Virus record (IMG/VR): IMGVR_UViG_3300033182_000652
Location: 2,541 to 66,540 of that record
Origin: a virus
Length of the DNA: 64,000 nt
Strand: one strand, 5' to 3'
The first letter of the stretch is position 1; every line of letters starts with the position of its first letter. A program made the translations under genes and the position numbers. Of the stretch, positions 39,035-48,628 are shown piece by piece. Below the pieces are notes generated by a model. It was not told the DNA's origin, made no database searches, and saw only the letters and a program-made list of their open reading frames with translations.

Positions 39035-40966
39035 TCAGGCCAAATCTTCACCATCAAGCATGTTCTGGAATTCAGCCAAAGCGTTGATAAGCTCAACGTC
39101 TTCTTCCTTCTCAGCAGGAGCATCAGCCTCCGCCTCAGGTGCCTCAGGCTCTTCCTCATTCCAATCAGCAGGAATCATGTCTTCCTTACCAAGCTCCTTA
39201 GCACGCTTCATGATGTGCTCCTTAGCCGCAGCCTTATCCTTGGCACGACCGTAAGCCTGAATAGCGTTATCCAGATCCGCTGCATCAGCAATCGGGAAAG
39301 AACCATCGGGAAGAGCGTCGCCAGACTCAGCCATGGCCTCACGCTGTTCACGGGAGTACATGCGCTTAATCTCAAGCTCAGCTTCAAGAGCCTTCAGTTC
39401 ATCTTCCTCGTCCATGTCGTAGTCGAAAGGATTCTCAACTTCGTACTCATCAAAGCCAAGGACCTTGCCCTCAGGAGAAACGAACACATCGTAGCTCTTC
39501 TCGTCAGTGTCAACCTCAACGACATAGACATCCTGATTAGCAAACACATCGACCAGAACACCCATCACGTCGCCCTTGATGTCAAGATCCTCAAGAGCCT
39601 TAACGGCAGCATCCTCAGCATCAGCCTGAGAGACAATGTCCTGAACCTCACCAGACTTAGCATCAATCTCATCTTCATCAATGCGCAGCCAGCCCATCTC
39701 CTCGCCCTCACCGGACAGGAAAACCTGAATGCACGAACCATCGGCACGCTTAACATCGACAACAAAGATATCGTCTGCAGTTGAATACCCAGAGCCAACA
39801 ATCTCTGAACCTTCATATAGTGACTTGACCTGGGACTCAATATCTCCTAAACCAGGGAGATCTTCGGTAGGCATACACCCTCCTTGACAAAAATCGCACG
39901 GTTGATTAACTGACTTGCGGCTAAATCCGCAAAGGAAGTCGTCTGACTTCATGCCCTCTTCAGGCATTCCTGCAGGTGCAGGGGCCTGAGCGGGAGCAGG
40001 ACCAGCGCCCTGCGCCTGCTGCTGAGCAGCCTGGGCTGCTTGAGCTTGTCTGGCTGCACGAGCAGCTTCAGCCTGAGCCTCTTCACGTTCTTTCTTGGCA
40101 GCCATTTCTTTCTTGCTCAACTCCATCCACTCATCGTGGGAAGCGCAGGGCATGAACATCTTGCCCGCACGATGTGTGCCTTCGCATCCGAGAGCTTCGG
40201 CACGTTCCATAGCTTCATCGGCAGTTTCAAACACGTCTTCAACAGCGTTCTCATCTTGGGCTTTGCGCATAGCGTTCAGCTCAAGAGGGCTGCGTCGGCG
40301 GTAACGCTGGCCATAGCCCTTGCCGGTGCCTTCCTCGTAAACATCGACAGCTTCAAACGCTCCCTTAGCATCTTCATCAAGACCTTCGTAATCTTCATCA
40401 GAAACCAGCTCGCCGTCATCCATCATTTCCTTGAAGCGAGAATCGGTCAAGAAAATTGAAGGCTTATCGTTCTTAGGCTTACGCATCATTGACATGATTA
40501 CTGCAGCCTTTTCGTTAACCTCTTCATCTTCAGCTTCATCTTCATCTTCTTCGGCTTCTTCCTCAGCCTCTTCCTCAGCCTCTTCTTCGGCGTCTTCCTC
40601 AGCCTCTTCTTCGGCTTCTTCCTCAGCCTCTTCTTCGGCTTCTTCCTCAGCCTCTTCCTCGGCCTCTTCCTCGTCGGTCTCCTCATCATCTTCCGACTTG
40701 AAACGGAACATCCACCCCATAGGAGTCTCACCCTTCTCGTCCATGACAAGAACCTTCTCCATAAGCATCTGCTCTTCTTCCGAAAGCTCAGCAAACGCCT
40801 CTTCAGAAATCAGCTCACCAGCATCCTGCATCTCCTTGAAACGGATATCGGTCATGAAAACAGAAGGACCACCCTTCTCTTCATCTTGCATGCCCTTCTC
40901 TTCACCGTCCAGCATCGCCTGAATTTCTTCAAACTTCTGAAGGTCTTCGTTAAGATTTTCACTCAT
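39035..40966 (-). CDS. Acidic modular head protein (scaffold-like)
   Basis: Follows the protease; duplicated PS.F.TD.RFKEM..GEL.S, AEEE repeat, GCEGTH..PC, PepSY-like segment, PDGSFPI module. Confidence 0.65.
   Translation of the reverse strand: MSENLNEDLQKFEEIQAMLDGEEKGMQDEEKGGPSVFMTDIRFKEMQDAGELISEEAFAELSEEEQMLMEKVLVMDEKGETPMGWMFRFKSEDDEETDEEEAEEEAEEEAEEEAEEEAEEEAEEDAEEEAEEEAEEEAEEDEDEAEDEEVNEKAAVIMSMMRKPKNDKPSIFLTDSRFKEMMDDGELVSDEDYEGLDEDAKGAFEAVDVYEEGTGKGYGQRYRRRSPLELNAMRKAQDENAVEDVFETADEAMERAEALGCEGTHRAGKMFMPCASHDEWMELSKKEMAAKKEREEAQAEAARAARQAQAAQAAQQQAQGAGPAPAQAPAPAGMPEEGMKSDDFLCGFSRKSVNQPCDFCQGGCMPTEDLPGLGDIESQVKSLYEGSEIVGSGYSTADDIFVVDVKRADGSCIQVFLSGEGEEMGWLRIDEDEIDAKSGEVQDIVSQADAEDAAVKALEDLDIKGDVMGVLVDVFANQDVYVVEVDTDEKSYDVFVSPEGKVLGFDEYEVENPFDYDMDEEDELKALEAELEIKRMYSREQREAMAESGDALPDGSFPIADAADLDNAIQAYGRAKDKAAAKEHIMKRAKELGKEDMIPADWNEEEPEAPEAEADAPAEKEEDVELINALAEFQNMLDGEDLA
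40551..40670 (-). repeat. 12-bp coding repeat encoding (AEEE)n
   Basis: ttcctcagcctc/ttcttcggcttc units, about 10 copies. Confidence 0.9.
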
Positions 40967-40996
40967 TATAAACTCCTAAATCCTTTATAGAGTATC

Positions 40997-42574
40997 TTAT
41001 TGAGCACCCTCATCGGTGTCAATGGGTTCAGTAATGCTAATGTTAGGAACAAATTCCAAAGTAGCCAAAGAATCCGCTACCTTAACCATAAGTTCATCAT
41101 GATCCATCTTCGTAGAGAAGTGAACATCCACGCCCTCATCTGTCTTGAAGGAGAAAACAGGCACAGCCGAAAGCGCAGACGAAACATCAAGAGCCTCATC
41201 ATCAGAGCACTTAACGTGTACCACGAAACCAGAAACAGCCTTTTCGCCCTGCTCCATCGGACGAGACATCGGAGCCTCAGTCAAATACTCCTCGACCCCT
41301 GCAATAAGCTCAAGCGTGGCCTCACGAAGCTCGCCAGCACCACGAAGCTTCAACATTTCGTTGTAAGCCATCAAAAGAAGTGCCATGGGATCTTTAAGAT
41401 ACTCAGGCTTCTTTGACTCTCCGTAGCCGTGGCCCTTTTCCTCGGTACCACAGGAACAACCGCCAGTAGCATCCTTGGCCTCTTCGACCTCTACACCAGC
41501 CAAGAAGTTGTTGTGAACATTGATATTAGCGTTACCATCAAAACGCTTCAGGGCCTCAAGGTACTCCTCGTGCGTATCGCAAGGAAGATAGCCACCACCA
41601 TGTGAATGAACTCCTGAACAGCCAAACGTCTTCGACCATGCCAAAGCAATGTCTGGCGTCGCCCAAGTACCGTGCTCGTCCTCGGCGTCACGAATACCGT
41701 CAGGCTCTTCAGCGTCCTTCTCTTCAGGACCTTTAACCATCATCGACGGAGGAGCCGAATCACCAACCGGCGTGTACGATACAGTAGGCTTCACTCTGGT
41801 AGGCTTCCCAACCATAAGGTTGTCGCCGTCCATAGAGAACGTGGCCATCCACGCCATGTCCTCACCAGTTTCAAAGATGACGGAGTTTCCGTCAACACTA
41901 ATAATTTTTACCGGCTTACGAAGAGCTTGCGAAAGAGCGCTGCCAATCATTGATGACATTGCGTCCGCTCTGTTTGACGGTTTGTCCATTCCACTGTCAT
42001 CCATGTGCATTTTTGTCACTGTACCTTCTTCGTCGTCTTTTACAGAAATAGTGCCGGTTAGCTGGTTAGCGCCGTGCAGTACGGGAGAAATCTCGTATAA
42101 TTCAACTTCTTTAAGCATGTTTGCTTTTTGAACAGCATCGTAATCGGCGGTTAATGTTTTGTAACCAATCGACCATTCTTGCTCATTTCCATAAAATGCA
42201 ACATTTGCGAACGCTTCACGACCACGTTCAGTATTTAGGTTAAACTGAACCTTTGCATAGAGTCCGCCAATCTTAGCATTTTTCATCTTTTCAGGCAGTC
42301 TTGGATCATTTCTAGAAACTTCGTAAATCTCCAGAACTTTACCAATAGGCTGATTCCAGTCGTGGCCCCACACCACTCTGGGCTTGCGACGCTTCAAAGA
42401 TTCGTTAAAAGCCCCAGAAATGACAATATCGCCAACTGAATCGCGATTACCAATGCCTGAAACAAACGCTTCGACAATACCTTCGGCTTTATCAATGCCA
42501 ATCTGACCTGAAATAGCCTTAAAAGTGAAGTCGGCTTCCTTTTCTGATGCGTTTTCCATAACGGCAGAAGTCAT
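40997..42574 (-). CDS. HK97-type prohead protease with long C-terminal extension
   Basis: EAFVSGIGNRDSVGD, WGHDW..PIGK, WSIGY, EVELYEIS.V.HGAN. Confidence 0.9.
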   Translation of the reverse strand: MTSAVMENASEKEADFTFKAISGQIGIDKAEGIVEAFVSGIGNRDSVGDIVISGAFNESLKRRKPRVVWGHDWNQPIGKVLEIYEVSRNDPRLPEKMKNAKIGGLYAKVQFNLNTERGREAFANVAFYGNEQEWSIGYKTLTADYDAVQKANMLKEVELYEISPVLHGANQLTGTISVKDDEEGTVTKMHMDDSGMDKPSNRADAMSSMIGSALSQALRKPVKIISVDGNSVIFETGEDMAWMATFSMDGDNLMVGKPTRVKPTVSYTPVGDSAPPSMMVKGPEEKDAEEPDGIRDAEDEHGTWATPDIALAWSKTFGCSGVHSHGGGYLPCDTHEEYLEALKRFDGNANINVHNNFLAGVEVEEAKDATGGCSCGTEEKGHGYGESKKPEYLKDPMALLLMAYNEMLKLRGAGELREATLELIAGVEEYLTEAPMSRPMEQGEKAVSGFVVHVKCSDDEALDVSSALSAVPVFSFKTDEGVDVHFSTKMDHDELMVKVADSLATLEFVPNISITEPIDTDEGAQ

Positions 42575-42676
42575 GTCTCTCCTTAAGGTCTAAGAGCGCC
42601 CTGAGTATATGTTATCGGGGCAATGGTTGATACTTGAGCGTATTTATATAAACTCAAAAAAGGGTAATTATATAAA

Positions 42677-44179
42677 CTATAGTGCGGATTCGCTAGGAAC
42701 TCTTGATGCAGGAGCTTCAATATTATCAGTACCCTGCACAGTGCCAGCAGGAACAAACCCGCCAACCTCAGGACTAAACTCGGCAACATCCTGACTAAAC
42801 GCAGCAGACCTCTGGGCATCCAACGATTCACCAACACCAGCACCGGGAGCACCGCCGCCAGGAGCAATACTAGTCGGAACTGCACCGCCCTCAGCCGCCG
42901 CCGCTTCCTCCTGCTCAGCAGCAATCTCCTCCTGCGTCTTCTCAGTATTCGCAATCGGCGTCTGATTTGGATTAGCCAACAACGAATCAGCAATATCGCC
43001 ATCAACACGCTTACGGCCCACCGCATGACGATACTCATTAACACTAATTAGACCCTGCTGGAACTCTGACAAATGATGCATCGCTCGCTCCTGGCTAGCC
43101 AAAACCAATGTGGGAACATTGCCTGTATCGAAATCAATGTAGTAACTATCGTCAATCTTATCAAACGAACGTGCAATCAAATCCAAATGAGGAGACATAG
43201 TTTCCATCCAGAAAACCTTACCCTCTTCAGAAGCATTTGCAAAAGTACGGTTAGAAGAGTTACCAATAATCGACTCAGGAACACCAAATGCTGCCAAAAT
43301 CTCTTCTTTCGTAATAGTACGCATCTGAATGTAAGCAGCATCACGTGGGCTAGCAGCGGTATCAACGAAATCTGCCCCATCATCCGCAGAAATAACGCCT
43401 ACAGCGCCCGCTCTACCAATATTTCCACGGAAACGTGAACGCAACTCGTCCTTATCCTCCTCAGCGATCTCGCTGCGAAGAACAAGCAGACCACCCGGGC
43501 GACCGTCATTAATCAAGAAGTTTCTGTTGTAAATCTTTGCCAAGCTCTCAACTTCAATAGCAACACCAGAAGCTTCCATTGGGGTCATTGACAAATAAGG
43601 ATCGAGCGGGTGCGGACGACGAATCCAAATAACATTTTCTGGACGCAGCGTCCGCTTTTCGTGCGCACTAATCTTAACTTCAAACCCTTTCACAAACTTC
43701 TGAACATCCGGGATCGGTGAAGTATTCTGAGGCGGCAATAGATGAAGTGCAATAGGTACACCGCCCCTACCTCGAACAATCTCCACAAAAACACCACGGC
43801 TACTCATTAAAAGCTGAGCAGACAACCGATATCTAAACGCAAACGCATTTTCGCCCTGATTCGCAGTGTTATTAAAGATTTTCAATAAATCAGCGTCTTC
43901 AACAATCTCGCCAAACGGATTATTATCCTTGCGTAAAATCATCGGAAGACGTGCCTGATTTGAAGCAATGACATCAATGCTTCTAAACACCCAAGTGACC
44001 TTAGCGACACCTTCTTTGTAAGCCTTAACAATATCCCAACCATCATGATAACCACGATTATCCGCAAGAGACGGACTGTACGACACCGGGGCACCAACAG
44101 AAATAGGAGCAGCCTTCTGCTCCACCGGATTCATAGCAATATTGCGAAGTGATTTATTGGATGTGGAATTCCATGCCAT
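42677..44179 (-). CDS. Portal protein (HK97 family)
   Basis: WVFRSIDVIA, YLSMTPM, NDGRPGG, EILAAFGVPESIIG, ISVNEYR. Confidence 0.92.
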   Translation of the reverse strand: MAWNSTSNKSLRNIAMNPVEQKAAPISVGAPVSYSPSLADNRGYHDGWDIVKAYKEGVAKVTWVFRSIDVIASNQARLPMILRKDNNPFGEIVEDADLLKIFNNTANQGENAFAFRYRLSAQLLMSSRGVFVEIVRGRGGVPIALHLLPPQNTSPIPDVQKFVKGFEVKISAHEKRTLRPENVIWIRRPHPLDPYLSMTPMEASGVAIEVESLAKIYNRNFLINDGRPGGLLVLRSEIAEEDKDELRSRFRGNIGRAGAVGVISADDGADFVDTAASPRDAAYIQMRTITKEEILAAFGVPESIIGNSSNRTFANASEEGKVFWMETMSPHLDLIARSFDKIDDSYYIDFDTGNVPTLVLASQERAMHHLSEFQQGLISVNEYRHAVGRKRVDGDIADSLLANPNQTPIANTEKTQEEIAAEQEEAAAAEGGAVPTSIAPGGGAPGAGVGESLDAQRSAAFSQDVAEFSPEVGGFVPAGTVQGTDNIEAPASRVPSESAL

Positions 44180-44337
44180 TATTCAGCCCCTAAGAGATAT
44201 CCATAAATACCGCACGCAAGGCCAGCACTTGCCAAACCCCACCCTAAACTTAGTATACTAATACCAAGCCCAATCAGAATTACAGAAAGACACATAAGCA
44301 GATGGGCGCACGTTGATCGACTAAAAAAATTCATCAT
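44179..44337 (-). CDS. 52-aa membrane protein
   Basis: Hand translation MMNFFSRSTCAHLLMCLSVILIGLGISILSLGWGLASAGLACGIYGYLLGAE; TAATG overlap with portal; TTGAAT-N17-TAAAGT-N6-ATG. Confidence 0.7.
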   Translation of the reverse strand: MMNFFSRSTCAHLLMCLSVILIGLGISILSLGWGLASAGLACGIYGYLLGAE

Positions 44338-44378
44338 GTTTATACTTTACCGGTAAATAGTCAAGGATTCAAGCACAT

Positions 44379-45695
44379 ATGTCTAACGAGGCTCCAGACT
44401 GGAACAAAATTCGGCAATACTTGGAACCGAAACGTTCCGAATATTGGATCGAAGAGCCGTCGATCACACAAAAAGTCTTCCTAAAAAGCACCGCACAAGA
44501 AGTACTTTTTGGTGGAGCAGCAGGCGGCGGCAAATCTAGCGCCCTTATCATGGCTGCCCTACAGTACGTCGATGTTCCCGGTTACAGCGCAATCCTGTTT
44601 AGGCGCACATACGCTGACCTTGCACTACCCGGCGCTCTCATGGACCGCTTCCGAGATTGGACCATGCACTACGACGACGTTCATTGGAATGCCAACAGCT
44701 ACACAGCCACGTTCCCTAGCGGAGCCAGAGTAACATTCGGTTACCTCAACAACGTCAACGACTACCTCAGATACAAGGGTTCCGAGTTCCAATTCATCGG
44801 AATGGACGAGGTAACAGAAATCAGAGAGTCTGACTACCGTTACATGTTCTCCCGTCTTCGCCGTCCGGCATCAGGCCCGCTGGCTCAAGTCCCGTTGAGA
44901 ATGCGGGCAGCCACAAACCCTGCACCTAACTGGGTACGTCAGCGATTCCTTGTTGAAGGCAAAGATCGTGGAAGAATCTTTATCCCGTCCATGCTAACAG
45001 ATAACCCCGGCATCGACCCCGCCTCTTACCGGGCCGTTCTTCAAGAGCTAGACCCTGTTGAGCGGAAGCGGCTTGAGTTCGGTGACTGGTGGTCAACCGC
45101 TCTAGGATCACTTTTCAATCGCGAAAGTTTTGAGATCATAGATGACAGCGAAATCCCATCGTTCTCTAACGATACACAAATCGTAAGATTCTGGGACTTA
45201 GCTGGCTCAGAACCAACACAATCTAACCCAGACCCTGACTGGACAGTTGGTTGTCTCGGAGCGTTTGATAACGGAGTGTTCTACATCTTGGACATTCGCA
45301 GAATCAGAGCTAAGGGAGATAAAGTAGAAAAGTTTATTCGAGCCACGGCTGCAGAAGACGGTCCAGAAATTCCTATTATGATGGAGCAGGAACCAGGGTC
45401 TGCAGGTAAAAACCTTATTGACCAATATGCCCGATATGTGCTTCCAGGCTACAACTTTACAGGCCAACGTGCTACTGGTGATAAAGCCACAAGGGCAAAG
45501 CCACTTTCAGCAGCCGTAGCTAACGGTAACGTTCGCTTAATCCGGGCAGCATGGAACACAGACTTTCTAGATGAGGTCTCGGCGTTCCCCGAAGCACGTG
45601 TGCATGATGACCAAGTGGATGCGACAGTCCACGCTTTCAATCACTGCGCCGGACTGGGTATGGGCATTCGCCGTAAAATTGAAATAATTATTTAG
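44379..45695 (+). CDS. Terminase large subunit
   Basis: GGAAGGGKS Walker A, FIGMDE Walker B, ATNP, FWDLA, HDDQVD. Confidence 0.93.
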   Translation: MSNEAPDWNKIRQYLEPKRSEYWIEEPSITQKVFLKSTAQEVLFGGAAGGGKSSALIMAALQYVDVPGYSAILFRRTYADLALPGALMDRFRDWTMHYDDVHWNANSYTATFPSGARVTFGYLNNVNDYLRYKGSEFQFIGMDEVTEIRESDYRYMFSRLRRPASGPLAQVPLRMRAATNPAPNWVRQRFLVEGKDRGRIFIPSMLTDNPGIDPASYRAVLQELDPVERKRLEFGDWWSTALGSLFNRESFEIIDDSEIPSFSNDTQIVRFWDLAGSEPTQSNPDPDWTVGCLGAFDNGVFYILDIRRIRAKGDKVEKFIRATAAEDGPEIPIMMEQEPGSAGKNLIDQYARYVLPGYNFTGQRATGDKATRAKPLSAAVANGNVRLIRAAWNTDFLDEVSAFPEARVHDDQVDATVHAFNHCAGLGMGIRRKIEIII

Positions 45696-46282
45696 AGAAC
45701 GTCCCAGCGGAGATGGGGTCGGAACAAATCCTGGCATACGGCAGCAGGGTCTACCCACCAGTCTTCATGAATTGTTCGGACAACAAGCGTATACCCGAGA
45801 GCATCTAAAATCTCTCTTTGGGCATCACGGATAGACTTGTTCCTAAAATACATGTTGACGTCGTGCTCAAACGTGATGACTGAGAAACGAAACGTGTTTA
45901 AAGGCAGCGAAATCAATCCCAGCAAAGAAGTGTACGCACTGCCTTCAGGTCGCATGGCCGGATCATAACCATTGTCAATATCTACTTGTAGAAAGTCAAT
46001 TTGTTTAGGCCACTGAGCAGCCTCAAAAAACTCAGTATAATTAAAAGCTAATGCATCCCCATAACAAGGATTTGATCTGTTGCTCACAAACTGATCTCGC
46101 CGCTTATCATCAATCTCAAACGAAACACCGTGCCAGCCAAAGTCTTGCTCTAGTACACGGGTGTTGCTGCCGTCGTGAGAGTGGAAAGCACCAAGTTCTA
46201 CATAGTGACCGGCCTGCTTCATTTGCGTCATTTCGATGACAAAGTTTTCTTGCTCACTGGGACTAAATTGCTGAATCTGCAT
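45692..46282 (-). CDS. FkbM-like SAM methyltransferase
   Basis: YVELGA....GSNT..LE...GW.G, IDFLQVDID, VITFEH. Confidence 0.7.
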   Translation of the reverse strand: MQIQQFSPSEQENFVIEMTQMKQAGHYVELGAFHSHDGSNTRVLEQDFGWHGVSFEIDDKRRDQFVSNRSNPCYGDALAFNYTEFFEAAQWPKQIDFLQVDIDNGYDPAMRPEGSAYTSLLGLISLPLNTFRFSVITFEHDVNMYFRNKSIRDAQREILDALGYTLVVRTIHEDWWVDPAAVCQDLFRPHLRWDVL

Positions 46283-46826
46283 TTTTATCTCTCCAAAATT
46301 TAGTAGACGACACCTTGATGCCGCCTTTCACTGTGTTACCTTTATGCCTGTAATGGCACCCAAATAGCACCATCAGATTTTCTTTAGGACTAATCGTTAC
46401 ATCCAGATCAGGAAATACTAGCTCTCCACCACAGTAACCAGCATTCAAGTAGTGTACAGAACTAAAAACATGTATTTTTTCTCGCTTCTCCGGATCATCT
46501 GCGTTGTGATACATGTCATCGTGTAACCCCATATCGCATCCTTCAGGATAAACCACACCAGTTAGGTTAGCGGTTGTTGCAGCGTCAAAATCAAAGATTT
46601 CCTTCAATGCTTCTGCTATTGACTGACAATAAGTCAAAATGATTTGATCTTCCACGCTATCGGGATTGTCCTGGTTGACGACAGGTCGGCTAAAAAAGTT
46701 ATGGCACCGACCGGGCTTTTCCTCAACCTCCCCCGGACGCGGATTCTGTACCATGTGTAACAAATCACGACAATATGGAGAAAAGTCGTGGATCACAACC
46801 AAGTCGTCTCTTATGAAGTTAAGCAT
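46263..46826 (-). CDS. 2OG-Fe(II) oxygenase
   Basis: LHDD, YLNAGYCGGELVF, H.G..V.GG.K. Confidence 0.8.
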   Translation of the reverse strand: MLNFIRDDLVVIHDFSPYCRDLLHMVQNPRPGEVEEKPGRCHNFFSRPVVNQDNPDSVEDQIILTYCQSIAEALKEIFDFDAATTANLTGVVYPEGCDMGLHDDMYHNADDPEKREKIHVFSSVHYLNAGYCGGELVFPDLDVTISPKENLMVLFGCHYRHKGNTVKGGIKVSSTKFWRDKNADSAI

Positions 46827-47760
46827 CTCGGACCGCATTAAATACATTTACTTTAATACGATGGCTAAAGTTGTCTAACTCTAACGAATGCTGTGCCGCT
46901 TCAATAGCCGGAATGTCCCTATGAAAATCTATGTATTCCATAATAGCACTGTAAGCAGCCCATTTCGTATCACCAAATCTACCGAGGTTATGTGGCTGAC
47001 GATAAATCATCTTGATCTTCTCATGAACATCTTCGGCATTAGAACGCTTCTTAGCAGAAGAAGCGCCCTGCGTTGACCAAAACTTTTCCATTACCCCGAA
47101 CAGCTTATCAGAAGACATATGAGAAGATGTGAATTCACTAATGATAAGATCAAGCTTCTCAGACCAAATCTGACGCATCGTGAGAGCTTCTGTCGCATCC
47201 ATAGGATCAATAGTCTCATTAGGGGTGTGACGCTTACGTAAACTGAAATCAGCATCGGAGGAAAAACGATACACGGAATTGGTTTCCGCTCGCACATCCA
47301 GATTGTAGTAACACACCGGCATACTTCCATCGTGGGAAGTGATAACAACAATGTAGTTATCAATCGCATCTTCACCCATGGTAGAAAGAATCGTCGTACT
47401 GCTGTGCTTAACAGCTACAAAAAACTTACGGCCTTCTTCCAGCACGCCACAGCTATGTAAAGATGCTGCGCCGTTTGCCTTCGACACGATATCTCTAGCC
47501 CTATCCAAAATGCTAGAGTTGGGCACAACCGAATAACGCTCTTTCACGACTTCCCACATGATGCGGTGAGTCTGATCCAAACTAACTCGGTTAATAATAA
47601 AGCGGTTAGGAAACGTGACGATCTTACCCATCACATCGTCGTGCATCAATACTGGACTTAATGTGACCGTGTAGTCGCCCTTGGACTTCAGCAGAATTTC
47701 GTTATTGGACTGCTCCGAAGAAACACGGGTCCCCAGGTCAAGCCAAGACTTATCGCTCAT
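46819..47760 (-). CDS. DUF932/DUF945-family protein
   Basis: RYSVVPN, G.LEEGRKFF, SHDGS, RHT, TKWAAYSAI.EY.D. Confidence 0.75.
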   Translation of the reverse strand: MSDKSWLDLGTRVSSEQSNNEILLKSKGDYTVTLSPVLMHDDVMGKIVTFPNRFIINRVSLDQTHRIMWEVVKERYSVVPNSSILDRARDIVSKANGAASLHSCGVLEEGRKFFVAVKHSSTTILSTMGEDAIDNYIVVITSHDGSMPVCYYNLDVRAETNSVYRFSSDADFSLRKRHTPNETIDPMDATEALTMRQIWSEKLDLIISEFTSSHMSSDKLFGVMEKFWSTQGASSAKKRSNAEDVHEKIKMIYRQPHNLGRFGDTKWAAYSAIMEYIDFHRDIPAIEAAQHSLELDNFSHRIKVNVFNAVRDA

Positions 47761-48100
47761 CCCCGGACCCCTGAATCATATTACGATCATATCTGTCAAA
47801 AAGCTTCTCAATATTTTCTTTAGCAATATCGTTGAAATCAATACCAAGTTCCCAAGCAAGCACAGCAGCATACCAAAGCACATCACCGATTTCTTTGCTG
47901 ATAGCAGAGCGGAACACCGAATCAGTATAGTCCCCATCGCTGTCTCTAATGTGCTTCTTCACCTTGTCAGCAACTTCACCTGCTTCGCTAGCAAGACCAA
48001 GAGTCAAATACTCAACTGCTGATTCCTTGGGGTAAATAGCGGTTGTCTTAGCACCGACCTGATACGCATTAAATTCCATTCCCATTTTATCTCCTGTCAC
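47750..48100 (-). CDS. MazG-like NTP pyrophosphohydrolase
   Basis: LGLASEAGEVADKVKK, KEIGDVLWY, N.EKL..R....I.GSGD. Confidence 0.9.
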   Translation of the reverse strand: MTGDKMGMEFNAYQVGAKTTAIYPKESAVEYLTLGLASEAGEVADKVKKHIRDSDGDYTDSVFRSAISKEIGDVLWYAAVLAWELGIDFNDIAKENIEKLFDRYDRNMIQGSGDER

Positions 48101-48624
48101 AACGACTCAGGCTCGCCCGTCGGTCGCTCAATCTGAACATTTTCCCCAGTCGCTGATTCAATTGGTACCCACGCAGGCGAATACTTATGCTCTCTAATCT
48201 TACGCATTTTGATTAACGAACCCTCCATCAGCAACATAAACTCTTCATCTTCTAACCCCAACTGCTCTTGAAAGTCTTCAGGGTCAACATCGTTGTCAAA
48301 AAATATCTCCCGTAAAAGCTCGGACAAGAACTTATTTACGACAATGCCTCGATTTCGATTCATACTAACGTGGAGTAGTGCTGCTTCAACATCATCTACA
48401 TCGACGGTTACAACAGGGATTTCTTGCAAGTCTAGGAGCTTAGCAGCCTTCCAACGATGTAAACCATCAATAATACATGCAGTAGACTTTTGACATACGA
48501 TGGGCTGAAGAATCCCAAACTTTTCAATAGAAGCTGTCAATTTTCTAAAGTCCGGCGCAACAACATAGTTTACCGAACCCCAAAAAGCTGGTTGTATTCT
48601 GTCGGGAGTAACTGAAATATACAT
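48097..48624 (-). CDS. ParB/Srx-domain protein (IbrB-like)
   Basis: SIEKFGILQPIV, IIDGLHRW, NRNRG. Confidence 0.8.
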   Translation of the reverse strand: MYISVTPDRIQPAFWGSVNYVVAPDFRKLTASIEKFGILQPIVCQKSTACIIDGLHRWKAAKLLDLQEIPVVTVDVDDVEAALLHVSMNRNRGIVVNKFLSELLREIFFDNDVDPEDFQEQLGLEDEEFMLLMEGSLIKMRKIREHKYSPAWVPIESATGENVQIERPTGEPESL

Positions 48625-48628
48625 GTGC

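Noticed and set aside
40431-40922. Ser-rich plus-strand ORF and the Lys/Arg-rich alternative frame at 40498-40794
   Set aside because: Both arise from the (AEEE)n repeat.
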